From assembly GCA_965227515.1 (NCBI GenBank), contig CBDDFZ010000001.1, positions 3,392,001 to 3,456,000 of the forward strand: a stretch of DNA of 64,000 nucleotides, written 5' to 3'. The position numbers and the translations under genes were made by a program. Position 1 is the stretch's first letter; every line of letters begins with the position of its first letter. A model generated the notes under the pieces. It did no database searches and was not told where the DNA came from. It saw nothing but the letters and a program-made list of their open reading frames with translations. This stretch comes from Alphaproteobacteria bacterium (lineage in GTDB: Bacteria > Pseudomonadota > Alphaproteobacteria > CALKHQ01). Below, piece by piece: positions 62,832-64,000 of the stretch.

Positions 62832-62985
62832 CACTGCTTGCCGATGGGCCGGCGATCGCTAAAGTGCTTGCAGCGGTTTCCGGCCCGTCCCCAGCTTGTC
62901 GGCACGCCGATGATCCGTTGATACGGCGTTTGCGTAGACAAAGAGCACGGAGACCTCGCAACGATCCGCAGGAGGTATCGAGATC

Positions 62986-63678
62986 GTGTTACGCCCCTTG
63001 AGGAGCCTGGTGTGCCAATTAGGTCTCGCCCTCGCCGTCGGCGCAGCCCTTGCCGCGCCGCTCGCGCCGCCGGCCTTCGCCGAGAGTCCGATCTCCGTCA
63101 CCGGCGTGCGCTTCGCCAATGTCGACCGGTTCCCGCGCTGGATGCGCGTGATCACCGCCCATTACCAGGACCTGCGCACGGCCACGGAGCAGTGCCGCCT
63201 CGGCTCCCAGATGTACTGCTACCTGATCAACTATGAGCAGTATCTCGTTGGTTTAAGGCCAGAAACCCCGCTTGAGCAAATCGCCAAGGTCAACCTTTAC
63301 GTCAACCAGTTCGACTATGAGGAGGACTCGCGCAATTTCGGCGAAGTGGACTACTGGGCCACGCCGCTGGAATTCTTCCAGGCCAATGGCGACTGCGAGG
63401 ATTTTGCCATCGCCAAGTACTTCGCACTGCGCAGGCTTGGTTTCAGCGACGGCGACCTGCGCATCGTGGTGGTGCACGACACCGCGCGCAACGTGCAGCA
63501 CGCCTATCTGCGGGTGACGATCAACGGCCACCGCCTGGCGTTGGACAGCGTGACCAACGACATCAACTTCGAAAGCGACCTGGGCCAGTACACGCCGATC
63601 TACTCGTTGAATGCAGAGGCGTGGTGGCTGCACGACCAGCGATTCCTGAACGTCGGCATTCCCTCGGCGGGGCAGTAA
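62986..63678 (+). CDS. Bacterial transglutaminase-like cysteine proteinase (BTLCP/LapG-like)
   Basis: Signal peptide; VN..VN, DYWATP.EF, GDCEDFAIAKY, HAYL, ALDS, YSLN. Confidence 0.9.
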   Translation: MLRPLRSLVCQLGLALAVGAALAAPLAPPAFAESPISVTGVRFANVDRFPRWMRVITAHYQDLRTATEQCRLGSQMYCYLINYEQYLVGLRPETPLEQIAKVNLYVNQFDYEEDSRNFGEVDYWATPLEFFQANGDCEDFAIAKYFALRRLGFSDGDLRIVVVHDTARNVQHAYLRVTINGHRLALDSVTNDINFESDLGQYTPIYSLNAEAWWLHDQRFLNVGIPSAGQ

Positions 63679-63793
63679 GGCGCCAGCCTCCGCACGGTCG
63701 CGAGTCATAATCCGTTAAGCTAGTCGTAGCATTCTGGTGACGATTGCGATCCCGCGCGGCGAACGGCTGCGCTGAACCCTCAGGAGAACCCGC

Positions 63794-63976
63794 TTGAGTG
63801 CCATTGGCGACATTCTCGGCGTGCGCTTGGACACCGCGCTCAATGCGCTGAAGGAGTCCGCGACCCGCGACCGGACGGCCGTCTCCCTGGTCGATCAGGC
63901 CGTGGACGACGCCAAGGCAAGCGCACCGGCGCCGACCAGCGGCCCGCGCGGCACCAATCTCGACATCGTGGTTTGA
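63794..63976 (+). CDS. Small protein, possibly YjfB-like putative motility protein
   Basis: AGGAG RBS and TTG start; helix, Pro-rich linker and C-terminal RGTNLDIVV. Confidence 0.55.
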   Translation: MSAIGDILGVRLDTALNALKESATRDRTAVSLVDQAVDDAKASAPAPTSGPRGTNLDIVV

Positions 63977-64000
63977 TCAGAAATCATTTTAAGAAACAGT

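Overview
High-GC chromosomal DNA, most likely from an alphaproteobacterium, judged from gene content, promoter style and repeat families. There is no phage, transposase, integrase or CRISPR. The first half (1-34 kb) is mostly nutrient scavenging: three ribose/xylose-type (CUT2) sugar ABC systems, one CUT1 system lacking its ATPase, a TAXI-TRAP transporter, a sulfatase-family hydrolase, an L-2-keto-3-deoxyarabonate dehydratase-like enzyme, an F420-dependent-type oxidoreductase, pcaF, cysK and an adenylate cyclase-wHTH-TPR fusion. The second half holds cutC/DUF502/a divergent PEP carboxylase, a TonB/TolA-like Pro-rich protein, an AAA ATPase with an MshEN-like N-terminus, dgdA, a yellow/MRJP-ECF42-YciI module, tRNA-Asn, a polar amino acid ABC system with a D-cysteine desulfhydrase-family lyase, and a vWA protein with ten 88-aa repeats lying near two Cys-His-Asp transglutaminase-like proteases. 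Non-coding structure includes a 128-bp CTAG-ended MITE-like family, CGTC/GTAG palindromic repeats, a 19-bp tandem repeat and, most notably, a short transcription unit at about 45.7-45.9 kb with a 16-nt perfect complement of the 16S rRNA 3' end placed directly before a 25-codon ORF. All family assignments come from motif recognition and memory; no database search was run.
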